In this document: one piece after another, positions 38,019-50,329 of the stretch
Numbering within the stretch: the stretch's first letter is position 1
How the letters are laid out: each line of letters begins with the position of its first letter
Source: Octopus sinensis
Taxonomy: Eukaryota
Reading direction: 5' to 3'
Assembly: GCF_006345805.1 (NCBI RefSeq)
Contig: NC_042997.1
Location: 131,440,001 to 131,504,000 of the forward strand
Length of the DNA stretch: 64,000 nucleotides
Position numbers and translations under genes: made by a program
The notes under the pieces: generated by a model
The model's input: only the letters and a program-made list of their open reading frames with translations
Databases searched by the model: none
Told to the model about the DNA's origin: nothing

Positions 38019-40001
38019 TATTCACTGATGCACCAACTCATTCACATACATACCAACTCATTTGCAGATGCACCAACTCATTTTCAGATGCACCAACTCA
38101 TTCACAGATGCACCAACTCATTCACATACATACCAACTCATTTGCAGATGCACCAACTCATTTGCAGATGCACCAACTCATTCACAAATGCACCAACTCA
38201 TTCACAGACACACCAACTCATTCACAGATGCACCAACTCATTCACAGATGCACCAATTCATTCGCAGATGCACCAACTCATTCACAAATGCACCAACTCA
38301 TTCACAGACACACCAACTCATTCACAGATGCACCAACTCATTTGCAGATGCACCAACTCATTCACAAATGCACCAACTCATTCACAGACACACCAACTCA
38401 TTCACAGATGCACCAACTCATTCACAGATGCACCAATTCATTCGCAGATGCACCAACTCATTCACAAATGCACCAACTCATTCACAGACACACCAACTCA
38501 TTCACAGACACACCAACTCATTCACAGATGCACCAACTCATTCACAGATGCACCAACTCATTCACAGATGCACCAACTCATTCACAGATGCACCAACTCA
38601 TTCACAGACACACCAACTCATTCACAGACGCACCAACTTATTCACTGATGCACCAACTCATTTTGCAGATGCACCAACTCATTTTGCAGATGCACCAACT
38701 CATTTTGCAGATGCACCAACTCATTCACAGATGCAGCAACTCATTCACAGACGCACCAACTCATTCACATACATACCAACTCATTCATAGACACACTAAC
38801 TCATTCACAGACACACCAACTCATTCACATACATACCAACTCATTTGCAGATGCACCAACTCATTCACTGATGCACCAACTCATTTGCAGATGCACCAAC
38901 TCATTCACATACATACCAACTCATTTGCAGATGCACCAACTCATTTTCAGATGCACCAACTCATTCACAGATGCACCAACTCATTCACATACATACCAAC
39001 TCATTTGCAGATGCACCAACTCATTCACAGATGCACCAACTCATTTGCAGATGCACCAACTCATTCACAAATGCACCAACTCATTCACAGACACACCAAC
39101 TCATTCACAGATGCACCAACTCATTCACAGATGCACCAATTCATTCGCAGATGCACCAACTCATTCACAAATGCACCAACTCATTCACAGACACACCAAC
39201 TCATTCACAGATGCACCAACTCATTCACAGATGCACCAACTCATTCACAGATGCACCAACTCATTCACAGATGCACCAACTCATTCACAGACACACCAAC
39301 TCATTCACAGACGCACCAACTTATTCACTGATGCACCAACTCATTTTGCAGATGCACCAACTCATTTTGCAGATGCACCAACTCATTCACAGATGCAGCA
39401 ACTCATTCACAGACGCACCAACTCATTCACATACATACCAACTCATTCATAGACACACTAACTCATTCACAGACACACCAACTCATTCACATACATACCA
39501 ACTCATTTGCAGATGCACCAACTCATTCACTGATGCACCAACTCATTCACAGACGCACCAACTCATTCACAGACACACCAACTCATTCATAGACACACCA
39601 ACTCATTCACAGACGCACCAACTCATTCACATACATACCACTCATTCACAGACACACCAACTCATTCACAGATGCACCAACTCATTCACAGATGCACCAA
39701 CTCATTCACAGACACACCAACTCATTCACAGATGCACCAACTCATTCACAGACACACCAACTCATTCACAGATGCACCAACTCATTCACTGATGCACTAA
39801 CTCATTTTGCAGATGCTCCAACTCATTCACAGATGCACCAACTCATTCACATACATACCACTCATTCACAGACACACCAACTCATTCATAGACACACCAA
39901 CTCATTCACAGACGCACCAACTCATTCACATACATACCACTCATTCACAGACACACCAACTCATTCACAGATGCACCAACTCATTCACAGATGCACCAAC
40001 T
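38019..40001. repeat. 20-bp minisatellite (CACCAACTCATTCACAGATG)n, ~99 units with higher-order duplication
   Basis: Visible directly; occasional 19- and 21-bp units. Confidence 0.97.
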
Positions 40002-40147
40002 TGCTCCCATACACTATCACATGTTCACAAATTCACTCAGACACTTTCCAAGACATCACATACAAACAACTTCCATCTCTGAAATAATACAGTCTCTTTA
40101 TTGTCTCTAAAATAAAATAATATAGACCCAGGAATCTCGCTATTTCT

Positions 40148-40188
<41 letters not shown>

Positions 40189-40644
40189 AAATTAATACAC
40201 CAATACACACACACACTCCTCTCTTCCTCTCTCTCACATACATTTATGAAATATACACACTAAATTTAATAACATCTTTACTCCAATGCCCACCAACAAC
40301 ACCAAAAACAAAAACAACTGCATCACCAAAAGCAATAGCAATAACCACCATTCTAGCTTTCCATCTCTTAAAATAATCTTAAAATAAGGAGGTAAAACAA
40401 ACTACAGGACTACAATAACAAAACAAACAAACTCTGAAAGTCAGCAGTTTTTTTGTTCAGTATTTTTTCAGGGGGGAGGAGAAGGGTTGTATTTTCGTTT
40501 TAATTTGTTTCCTTTTTCACATTTAACACATATCGAACCACTGAGAGGACTTCAACTTGCTCACTAGACTTGTTAGATGGAACAGCCAAAATCTCCCTCG
40601 AGTCACACTGTACTGTCATAAATAAGGGAAGATAAATAAATATA

Positions 40645-40906
40645 CTGTTGTGTCTGGGGAGAGTCATTTTCTTTTTGTGTCTTATAATTTAACACATTCA
40701 CTGGTAAAATTTCCACTTATTTCATATTTTTATTTTCCTAAAATTTTCGTTGCATCTTGCAACCGTTTCAATAGTCTTGACTCTCAAGACTATTGAAAAG
40801 TTTGCAAGACGCAACGAAAATTTTAAAGAAATAAGTGGAAATTTTACTGGTGAGTGTGTTACATTATAAGGCACAAAAAGAAAATGACTTTCCCCAGACA
40901 CAACAG
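40645..40906. mobile_element. Fully palindromic foldback MITE
   Basis: CTGTTGTGTCTGGGGA...TCTTGA-CTC-TCAAGA...TCCCCAGACACAACAG; arms pair along almost the whole length. Confidence 0.85.
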
Positions 40907-40967
40907 AATATGCTTCAACACACAAACTCATATAAAGAATCTTGTAAACCAAATCCAAAAATGAAAT

Positions 40968-41506
40968 CATCATCATCATCATCGTTTAATGTCCGTTCTC
41001 CATGCTAGCATGGGTTGGACGGTTCGACCGGGGATCTGGAAAGCCAGAAGGCTGCACCAGGCTCCAGTCTTATCTGGCAGTGTTTCTACAGCTGGATGCC
41101 CTTCCTAACACCAACCACTCCGTGAGTGTAGTGGGTGCTTTTTACGTGCCACCTGCACAGGTGCCAGGCGAGGCTGGTAATGGCCACGGTCGGATTGGTG
41201 TATTTTATGTGCCACCTGCACGGAAGCCAAATGAGGGGGTGCTGGCATCGGCCACGAGTCGGATAGTGCTTTTTACGTACCACCAGACCAGGGATCCTGG
41301 CTGGTTCAATTCGATTTCGATTTCGCTTGCCCCAACATGTCTTCGCAAGCAAGGGGGTTGGCATGGGTGCCTGTCGTACGGTCAGATTGGTGTATTTTAC
41401 GTGCCACCGGCACGGAAGCCAGTGGAGGCGGCGCTGGCATCGGCCACGAGTCGGATAGTGCTTTTTATGTACCACCAGACCAGGGATCCTGGCTGGTTCA
41501 ATTCGA
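40968..41506 (-). mobile_element. Family C retroposon with internal duplication, followed by an inverted tail fragment (41524-41573)
   Basis: ~41193-41316 repeated at ~41385-41507. Confidence 0.8.
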
Positions 41507-41893
41507 TATAAATTAATATAGTTAACCCATGCTAGCATGGAAAGCGGACGCTAAATGATGAATGAATGATGATACTTATTCAATATCTTACAAAGATGGG
41601 ATGGTCATAGCTGGATAACCTTTGATCATAAGCCTACTCAGTCAGGACTGACATGTTGCCAAACAAAAAGTAGCCTACATATATGTTTGTATGTATCTAT
41701 ATATGCATGGGTAGGGGCCATTTCAACTTTTTAGGCCCCTGGACACTATGGTTAGTCTACATTGCTTTGTAAGGAGCATAGGGTTGGTTTCCTGGTTTCT
41801 CTGGACTGGAAGTGGACTAGAGCAATATGAAATGAAGTATCTTGCTCAAGAACACACTGCATCACACAGTTCAAGAATTGAAACTACAATCAT

Positions 41894-42280
41894 AGGTGCA
41901 TGAATGGCTGTGAGGTAAGTAGCTTGCTTACCAACCGCATGGTTCCAGGTTCAGTCCCACTGTGTAGCATCTTGGGCAAGTTTCTTCTACTCTAGCCTCA
42001 GGCTGACCAAAGCCTTGTGAGTGGATTTGGTAGATGGAAACTGAAAGAAGCCTGTCGTATATATATATATATATGTGTGTGTGTGTTTGTGTGCTCATAT
42101 GGTGCCATGTTAAAAGCGCACAGCCCACACTATAAAGTGGTTGGCATTAGGAAGGGCATCCAGCTGTAGAAATCAAGCAAAATCAGACTGGAACCTTGTA
42201 CAGCTCTCCAGCTTGCCAGCTCCAGTCAAACCGTCCAATCCATGCCAGCATTGAAAATGGATGATGAAGGATGATGATGA
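41894..42280 (+). mobile_element. Family A head joined to a family C-type 3' half
   Basis: A head to (TA/TG)n at ~42090, then GGTTGGCATTAGGAAGGGCATCC..(GAT)n. Confidence 0.65.
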
Positions 42281-42319
42281 AAGAGTCTTGACCTTTCCAT
42301 TCATGTTAGAATGGGTTTG

Positions 42320-42713
42320 TAAGCTGGCCCCTGTGCTGATGGCATGTAAAAAACACCATTCAAGCGTGATCGTTACCTGCATCGCCTTAATGGCACTTGT
42401 GCTAGTGGCACGTGAAAAAACACTTGAGCGAGGTCATCGCCAGTGCCGCTGGACTGGCTCCTGTGCAGGTGGCACATAAAAGCACCATTTGAGCGTGGCT
42501 GTTGCCAGTACCGCCTGACTGGCCCTCGTGCTGGTGGCACATAAAAGCACCCACTACACTCTCGGAGTGGTTGGCATTCAGAAGGGCATCCAGCTGTAGA
42601 AACTCTGCCAGATCAGATTGGAGTCTGGTGCAGCCATCTGGTTCACCAGACCTCAGTCAAATCGTCCAACCTATGCTAGCATGGAAAGCGGACGTTAAAC
42701 GATGATGATGATG
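42320..42713 (+). mobile_element. Family C retroposon
   Basis: Closely matches 15250-15646. Confidence 0.8.
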
Positions 42714-43150
42714 TTGTGTGAAGTTACAATGGCCATGAGCTTAACCTGCTTTACTTTATTGATCATAGGTTCATAAGTTCAGTTCTTACTACTGTAGTGT
42801 GTTGTGCTCCTGATCAAACACCTCATTCTGCTACTTCTACTTTTATGAGAATGACAAGACACATCATTGACAAGGATGGTCCCAAAAGGCCAAAGGGTGT
42901 CTGATGTTCTTGTGAGTCGTGTTCATCTTACTCTGGTATGTGTTGTGTTTTTAACATGTCTATGAAGAGATTTTCTCTCAGACAGAAAATGACAACATCA
43001 TGCCTTTGGTAGCAGGAAGTTCATCTGGCCATAGTAGATCTACTTCAATAAACTCCATCCGACCCACCAGGAAAAGTGGATGTTAAAAAGGATCAAGCCA
43101 GCTATGGAGGTATGTGCCATTGTAGTGTGTCACTGCATCCACTGATGCCA

Positions 43151-43380
43151 GCGGCAAGCTGGCAGAAACGTTAGCACGCCGGGCAAAATGCTGAGCGGTG
43201 TTTCGTCTGCCATTACATTCTGAGTTCAAATTCTGCTGAAGTCAACTTTGCCTTTCATCCTTTCGGGGTCGATAAATTAAGTAGCAGTTACGCACTGGGG
43301 TCAATGTAATCGACTTAATCCCTTTGTCTGTCCTTGTTTGTCCCCTCTACGTTTAGGCCCTTGTGGGCAATAATGAAATA
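43151..43380 (+). mobile_element. Family B SINE
   Basis: tRNA head plus Meta-like domain. Confidence 0.85.
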
Positions 43381-43589
43381 AGGGGCCCATAAGGCTGTTC
43401 AGCCAGTCCTGCCTACAACACATCATATAGGTACTGTATCACAATACTGTACTACCCAGAACCATATAACATAACCCTCTTGCACAAAGTACCTGCACAT
43501 TCGAATTTGGTTTTATATTTTTGTATTAATATTTTATATTAAATTGGTCAGAGGGAAAAGATGGGCAATTTCTATGACTGTTTTCGCTC

Positions 43590-43656
43590 AGGTCATCCTG
43601 AGCAATCCTCTGTGCAGTATCCCAGTCAGTCCCCATCTCTGCAAGATACTTCCTTA
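43590..43656 (-). mobile_element. Possible short RTE ORF C-terminal remnant
   Basis: LRKYLAEMGTDWDTAQRIAQD resembles the RTE 'W....AQDR' terminal motif. Confidence 0.35.
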
Positions 43657-43881
43657 AAAAGGATAATGGAAAAAAACCCACAAAACCCTCCAGAAATGTA
43701 GGCCTAACTTCATGTTTGAATGAATGATTATCAGCGGAATGGGTCACAATTCAACAGCAGGAAACAATTGTGTTAAAAATAAACGAATCCGTCTTATCAA
43801 TACATGTATTGTACCAGTGATATAATACTTGCATTGTTTATGTGATTTCATCACACTTCCTCTGTACAAGTTTTATAATAA

Positions 43882-44282
43882 CTAGCAGTATCACCCGGCG
43901 TTGCTTGGGTTTGTTTCGACCCTTTAGAATTGGAATTTTTTAAAAGTAAAAATTTTGCATTATGCAGCTTGTTATTCTCTGTAAGTGAACATTTTTCTGG
44001 TTGAAATACACCAAAAAATGGTGACACAGCAGTCAAAAAATCGTAAAAAATAGGGATTTTCATAGAAAAAAAGCACCTTTTTGATGTAAATAATTTTTGG
44101 TGTTATCATGGTCCGATTTGAATTTTTTCTTCTACGGGAGGAAGAGCAAGCCTTCTTCTATCATACTCTCAATTTTGGTCAACTTGCGCCACAGGGTCCC
44201 GGAGGAGATAGTGTTAGTTGAAGGCTACTAAACCTGCCATACAGACAACTTCAGCTTTATATATATATATATAGAGAGAGAG
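43882..44282 (-). mobile_element. Non-autonomous Helitron, same family as 6868-7257
   Basis: Reverse complement aligns end to end; 3' hairpin then CTAG. Confidence 0.8.
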
Positions 44283-44816
44283 ATTACAATATAAGAAACA
44301 TGACAAAGATAGAACTTCTAACATATATAACTACTGAAAAGTAGCAGTAAACATGATGTTGCTAAATATTAATGAAAACACCAAGGGAGCCGTTTGATAT
44401 ATGTAAGTTTGTCTGTTTCACTGTCCACTGGGGAAATCTCACTGCAGGGAAACATAAACAAATGCATTTCCTAATAACAGTGAGCAGCCTTCACCACACC
44501 TACTGTTAAGTTTCTATTATTTAAACATCTGTATCCCTGTAGTAGCGGGAGAAGCATCTGTCTCTATTGTATTCTCTTTTGATAGTGGAAATAGTTTTTT
44601 GGCATTAACACTAATAATAAAAATAATTTCATATATTAATATTAAGGCCTTTGAGATGTAGAAACAAAAAAATGTGGAGGGGATTTGTTATGCTTGTGAG
44701 TTTACCCCAGTAGGTTTGAGAAATAAGCAAGGTGGTTCCCAGAGAGAACTAAAAGCAGGCAACAAGTTTAATTCACCCCAAGAATTATACTGTACTACAT
44801 AGAACCATAAAAATAG

Positions 44817-45032
44817 GAGCTGACGAAGAAATCTCTACATGGTTGCTCAACCTGTTAGAAATAACATTTAAGTTACCTCAAATTGCACCCTGCCATCTAG
44901 AAAAGGGATAGACACATTGAAGTGGTCCTAGATATGCAAAACTAAAGAAGGCTAAATGATTTTGGCTGGAACATCTTTGGTCCTAGTTTTGCTCAGTTGA
45001 TGGTGATCTGGGGCCAAACAACAACCACCAAC
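44817..45032 (+). mobile_element. Old (AAC)n-tailed interspersed repeat (family D)
   Basis: CCTG(C/T)TAGAAATA..GG(G)C(T/C)AAACAAC; remnants also at ~770, 2740, 9780, 10005, 17925, 25140, 25660, 32195, 40550 and 41595. Confidence 0.6.
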
Positions 45033-45090
45033 ATACTGTGTCACACAGGGTCATGTAGGCTCTCCAACATAACATGGAATCACATGGGAG

Positions 45091-45266
45091 CAGAGTTGTC
45101 TTAAGGTATGGGTACACTGGACAGTTGCCCAACAGCCCCATGGGTTTAGGGACCCAATACTTAACCTATGTATGCTGTGGTCTGTAGTTTGGTGCCAAGA
45201 AATAAATGTAGAGTCCCTAGTGCATTATTTTGTCTAGAGGCCCATAAGACTGTGGAGACAGTTCTG
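45091..45266. mobile_element. Degenerate hAT-like MITE
   Basis: TIR-like CAGAGTTGTCT / AGACAGTTCTG; weak 8-bp TSD. Confidence 0.45.
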
Positions 45267-45303
45267 TATAGGGGCGCCAATACAACTCTGTCATGTAGGT
45301 ACC

Positions 45304-45525
45304 TATTTCTTTACTATCCACAAGGAGGACCAACAAGGATAGACAAACAGATTAAGATGATTACATCGACCCCAGTGCGTAACTGGTACTTAATTTATCG
45401 ACCCTGAAAGGATGAAAGGCAAAGTCGACCTCGGCGGAATTTGAACTTAGAACGTAACAGCAGATGAAATACGGCTATGCATTTCGCCCGGCGTACTAAC
45501 GTTTCTGCCAGCTCGCCACCTTAAT
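45304..45525 (-). mobile_element. Family B SINE with perfect 17-bp TSD
   Basis: TCTGTCATGTAGGTACC at 45287-45303 and 45526-45542. Confidence 0.9.
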
Positions 45526-45752
45526 TCTGTCATGTAGGTACCCCCATCACTATACTGTACTACATTAGAGCCATTAATACAACCCTCTAGCACAAAGTAT
45601 CTGCACATATGAATTTGGTTTTATATTTTTGTATATGGGCAAACTGGTGAGATTCATGGGATTTGTATTCAATTTAATCATCCATAGATCAATAGCAGTA
45701 CAAAAAAGAAAATCAAAAAGAAGTTTTAAAGTACAAGAGTTTTTAAAGTATA

Positions 45753-46152
45753 GGCACAGGAGTGGCTGTATGGTAAGTAGCTTGCTTACAAACCACATGG
45801 TTCCGGGTTCAGTCTCACTGCGTGGCACCTTGGCAAGTGTCTTCTTCTATAGCCTCGGGCCAACCAAAGCCTTGTGAGTGGATTTGGTAGACGGAAACTG
45901 AAAGAAGCCCATCATATATATATATATATGTATATACATGTGTGTGTGTGATTGTGTGTTTGTCCCACCCAACATCGCTTGACAACCGATGCTGGTGTGT
46001 TCACGTCCCCGTCACTTAGCAGTTCGACAAAAAGGACCGATAGAATAAGTACTAGGCTTACAAAGAATAAGTCCTGGGGTCGATTTGCTCGACTACAGGC
46101 GGTGCTCCAGCATGGCCACAGTCAAATGACTGAAACAAGTAAAAGAGTAAAG
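45753..46152 (+). mobile_element. Family A SINE, full length
   Basis: Complete head, body and tail. Confidence 0.85.
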
Positions 46153-47087
46153 AGCAGTGATGGGGGGGAAAGGATGAGGCAGAATGCTTTATGGAGACTA
46201 TAGGGGTTGCAGGGTGAGCTATGGTGAAGGTGATAGGTGGATGAGAGGCAGGTGGTTTGTTATTCTGAGGAATATAGGTCATTTTTGTTGTGATAGAAGA
46301 AACAGAGGGAAGCCACTCTGTATTTCTGAGACAATAATTGTAATGTGTTAGTAAATGATTCACAGTCAGTTGAATGGATGTGGTCTACGATGTGTCTGTG
46401 TGCAACAAGGCAACACTGTCACATACTTGTGAGCTGTGCTCTGTGTTAGTCTTATATGAGCCTTATAGAGACTCAATGTTTTTACTGCTGGATGTTTTTA
46501 TATGATAGTATTTTACAATTCCACTATATTACTATATTACATATGCGAGTCCCGACTGTAATTGTAATGTAGGATTGGCTTGATTTATGTTTAATGAACT
46601 GCTAAAAAACAATATTACAAATAGCTAATAAGGAATGAATTATATATAAATCAGCTATGAGATGCATGGATGAAACGGCTAGACTACAAAAGAGAGGTCA
46701 ATTATGATAAGTATCAGAAAAATGTATAAGTGTGAGTTTGTGAGTTATAGTGTTGATTTGGATATGAGGTAAATGAAGGCTGTTTGCCGGGCTCATTATA
46801 TTGTCATGAGCTGGAGGTTGATGAGTGAAGCTGAATGAGAACCTGTGAGTAGGAGTGAGACATGAGTTAAAAAAAGCTTAAATTGATGGTAGACAAAGAA
46901 AACAGAACCCATTCTTATATCTAAAAAAAAATTATAAAACCCAATAGTATATGTATGTATACACACACGCACACACATACATAAATACCAAGCCAAGACA
47001 GACTATGGAACATGGTGTGGCTCCTGGCCTTGCCAGCTCCTGTCAAACCATCCAACCCTTGCCAACATAGAAAACGGATGCTAAATG

Positions 47088-47128
<41 letters not shown>

Positions 47129-47133
<5 letters not shown>

Positions 47134-47337
47134 TAATCCAAACATGAAAACAAAGAGAAAACACAACAACGCGAGGACGTGGAACAAGTATAGTGTTATT
47201 GGACGCTCAGGAAAGGAAAGAAAGAAGGAGGATTTAACGTTTCGAGCGGAGCTCTGCGTCAGAAACATAGGAAAAGGAAAGATCCAAGGAAAGGAAGACA
47301 GAGGAAAAATGTCACCAACGGTACACACACGGTCACA
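47129..47337 (-). mobile_element. Penelope-like pLTR fragment in (TA)n with minimal hammerhead motif at 47232-47266
   Basis: Minus strand GTTT-CTGACGCA-GAGC-TCC-GCTC-GAAACGTT-AAA. Confidence 0.6.
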
Positions 47338-47645
47338 TTACCCCTCATATATATATATGTATATATATATATGAGGGGTACTTCTTCTTCCCTACCAAGA
47401 ATTCACAACGACCTCGAACCCACAAGAGTAAACAAGAGAGAGAGAGAGAGAAACTGGCAGAAACAAGGAAAATGCCACATGTATTTGAACACAATACAAA
47501 TATTCTTTAAAAAAAACTTTTCTTTTAATTTTTCCAAATATAATTGTTTTCCATACTTACAGTTGAAAAAGTCTCAATGACTGAAACCGGTACTGAAGTT
47601 TTTTTCATAAAATTATTTTAGCATCTTCTATCTTGACTTTTTTTC

Positions 47646-47685
<40 letters not shown>

Positions 47686-48139
47686 ATGTGTGCACACACA
47701 CAAATATGCATATGAATTTTGAAAGCAAAGAAAACTTGAATTATTCTGCATATTTGAACACCAAGGTCTTGATTGCGTGTAAGTTACTTAAATTTAAAAG
47801 ACTACAAATGTGTATTCTTTATTCATTCTTAAATTGGACCTCAGAAAGAAGCAACAAAAAAATACAACTTCCCAAAAATGTAATTTAATTATATATGTTA
47901 ATATAGCTAGTGGGATTTAAAATTTTACAGCTTTACTCAAATTTCATGTCATGATGTAAGGACAAAAAGTATTCAGTACATGTTTTAGGAATGCTTTGCA
48001 ATATCCGTTCTTGTCTTGCATTCATTTCTTCATCTCTTTTATTTGTTTCTTTCTTCCTCTCTTACATTCACACAAGACATACACATCTTCTATCTTTTAC
48101 TTGCTGGCATGGAAAACGGATGCTAAATGGGGATTTATA

Positions 48140-48201
<62 letters not shown>

Positions 48202-48310
48202 TTACAGATATAGGGTAAAGAATTATTAATTTAATAAATCAATAATTTACTAAGTAGTTTCCGGTATGGAAAATAACCATATTTGGTAAAAACTTATACA
48301 AAAAGTTTTT

Positions 48311-48482
48311 TATATAATTATAACAATAATTAAGGGTTTAGAAACAAGTTGCTTCACTGCATACCAAAAATTTAGAAATAGCAGCCAAAAGACCGTTATT
48401 TCTTTTGGCTGCTATTTCTAAATTTTCGGTATGTGGTGAAGCAACTTGTTGCAAAACCCTTAATTATTGTTAAAATTATATA
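48311..48482. repeat. 82-bp inverted repeat with 8-nt loop
   Basis: Arms 48311-48392 and 48401-48482, 6 mismatches. Confidence 0.9.
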
Positions 48483-48995
48483 TATGGGTAGATGGGTACA
48501 ACATTGACTTTCTGGACATAGATTGTCTGGAATGTGGTCATACTGGAGCACTGCCTTGAAGGGCTTAGTTGAACACACTGACCTCAATACTTATGTTTAT
48601 GTCTGGTTCTTATTCTGTCAGTCATTTTTATTGAACTTCTAGGTTACAAGGGTGTAAACGAAACAACACCAGTTGTCAAACGGTGATGGGACACACACAC
48701 ATGCACATATATACAATGAGCTTCCATACAGTTTCCATCCACCAAATTCACACCTAAAGCATTGATCAGCCCAGAACTATAGCAGGGGACACTTGCCCAA
48801 TATGCCACACAATGAGATTGAGCTTGCATCCATTTGGTTTCAAATCAAGCTTCTTAATCACACAGCCATGTCTACACCTAAGTAATATATTCAAACACAC
48901 ACACACACACACATTCATATATACATATATATGTATATATTACATACATATCTGTATGTATATATATATGTTTGGATATCTGTGTAAATAAATAT

Positions 48996-49363
48996 TCTTT
49001 TACTGGTTTCACTCATTAGACAGTGGCCATGCTGGAGCACCACCTTTAGTTGAATGAATCGACCCCAGGACTTATTCTTTGTAAGCCTGGTCTTTATTCT
49101 ATCGGTCTCTTTTGCCAAACTGCTAAGTTACAGGGGCATAAACACACCGACATTGGTTGTCAAATGATGGTGGGGGAACAAACACAGATACACCAACATA
49201 CACACACACACACAGTTTCCGTCTTTCAGTTTCCGTCTACCAAATCCACTCACAAGGCTTTGGTCAGACCGAGGCTATAGTAGAAAGCACTTGCCCAAGG
49301 TGCCATGCAGTGGGACTGAACCCGGAATCATGTGGTTGGAAACCTGCTTCTTACCATAGCCAC
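48996..49363 (-). mobile_element. Family A SINE
   Basis: Match to other copies; an older copy precedes it at ~48530-48880. Confidence 0.8.
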
Positions 49364-49421
49364 ATATGTATATATGAATATACATACATGTATGTAGCAT
49401 AAATATATATATACACAAGTA

Positions 49422-49495
<74 letters not shown>

Positions 49496-50329
49496 CACAC
49501 GCTTATAAGTCAGACATGTTATATGAATAGTAAAGAACCTGATACCAACAACCATTTACATCTCGCTCAAATTTGGTGTTGGTAAACCAGTTTGTGTTAC
49601 AAGTGAATTCATTGCTTTGTAACTTAGGTTACAAATCTCCTGGTTCCTAATGACTGTCACCTCACAGTTGTTTATGGCCCACCCAGAATATGCGTAAGAT
49701 ATCACTGCCCTGAGGAAATGGCTAATATCTGTGTGTGTATATGTTTTTATTTATATGTGTTCACTCATATGTGTGTGTGTGTGTGTGTGTGTGTATGAAT
49801 GTTTATGTATGTGTTCATACTCATACATCTTTATGTATGTGTATGTCTTTATGCATATGTATGTATATACGACATATATTCATGTATGTGTACATAATTA
49901 TACGTCATTATTCCATGTACATACACAAAATGTGCATTGAATAAATTTGCTATATATGTGTATACACACACACACACATTGTATTACATATATATATATA
50001 TATATATATGTTAAATTTGTTTACTTTATGACATTATCTGACAGTAACGGATAACGAGTCTGTTTTGATTTGGAAAGAATTTTAAAAGCAATGACGTTTC
50101 ATGGTTTGTCTGTCTTAGAAACATGTAACCTCTTTTTTAACCCTGGAAAATATTTAAGTTTCTGTCACATTTAGAACTAAATTCTCTGAATTAATCACAA
50201 AGGAATAGTTTCTTACTGATATATAAATAATGTAGGAAGCGGTTTAACAGTGTTTTACCAAAAAAGAAAACTATAACTGTCATTAAGTATGACTGTGGGT
50301 GTTTGAACACATATATATATGTGTGTGTG

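Noticed and set aside
38019-40001. CRISPR-like array
   Set aside because: No unique spacers and no cas genes; eukaryotic context
37845-40087. Long ORFs (up to 407 aa) as a His-rich protein gene
   Set aside because: All three frames are open because the 20-bp unit has no stop on this strand; 19- and 21-bp units shift frame freely
49668-49693. Another 26-nt exon candidate (cacAG|..TGC|GTAAGA)
   Set aside because: Weaker donor and flanked by microsatellites; shows that such candidates occur by chance
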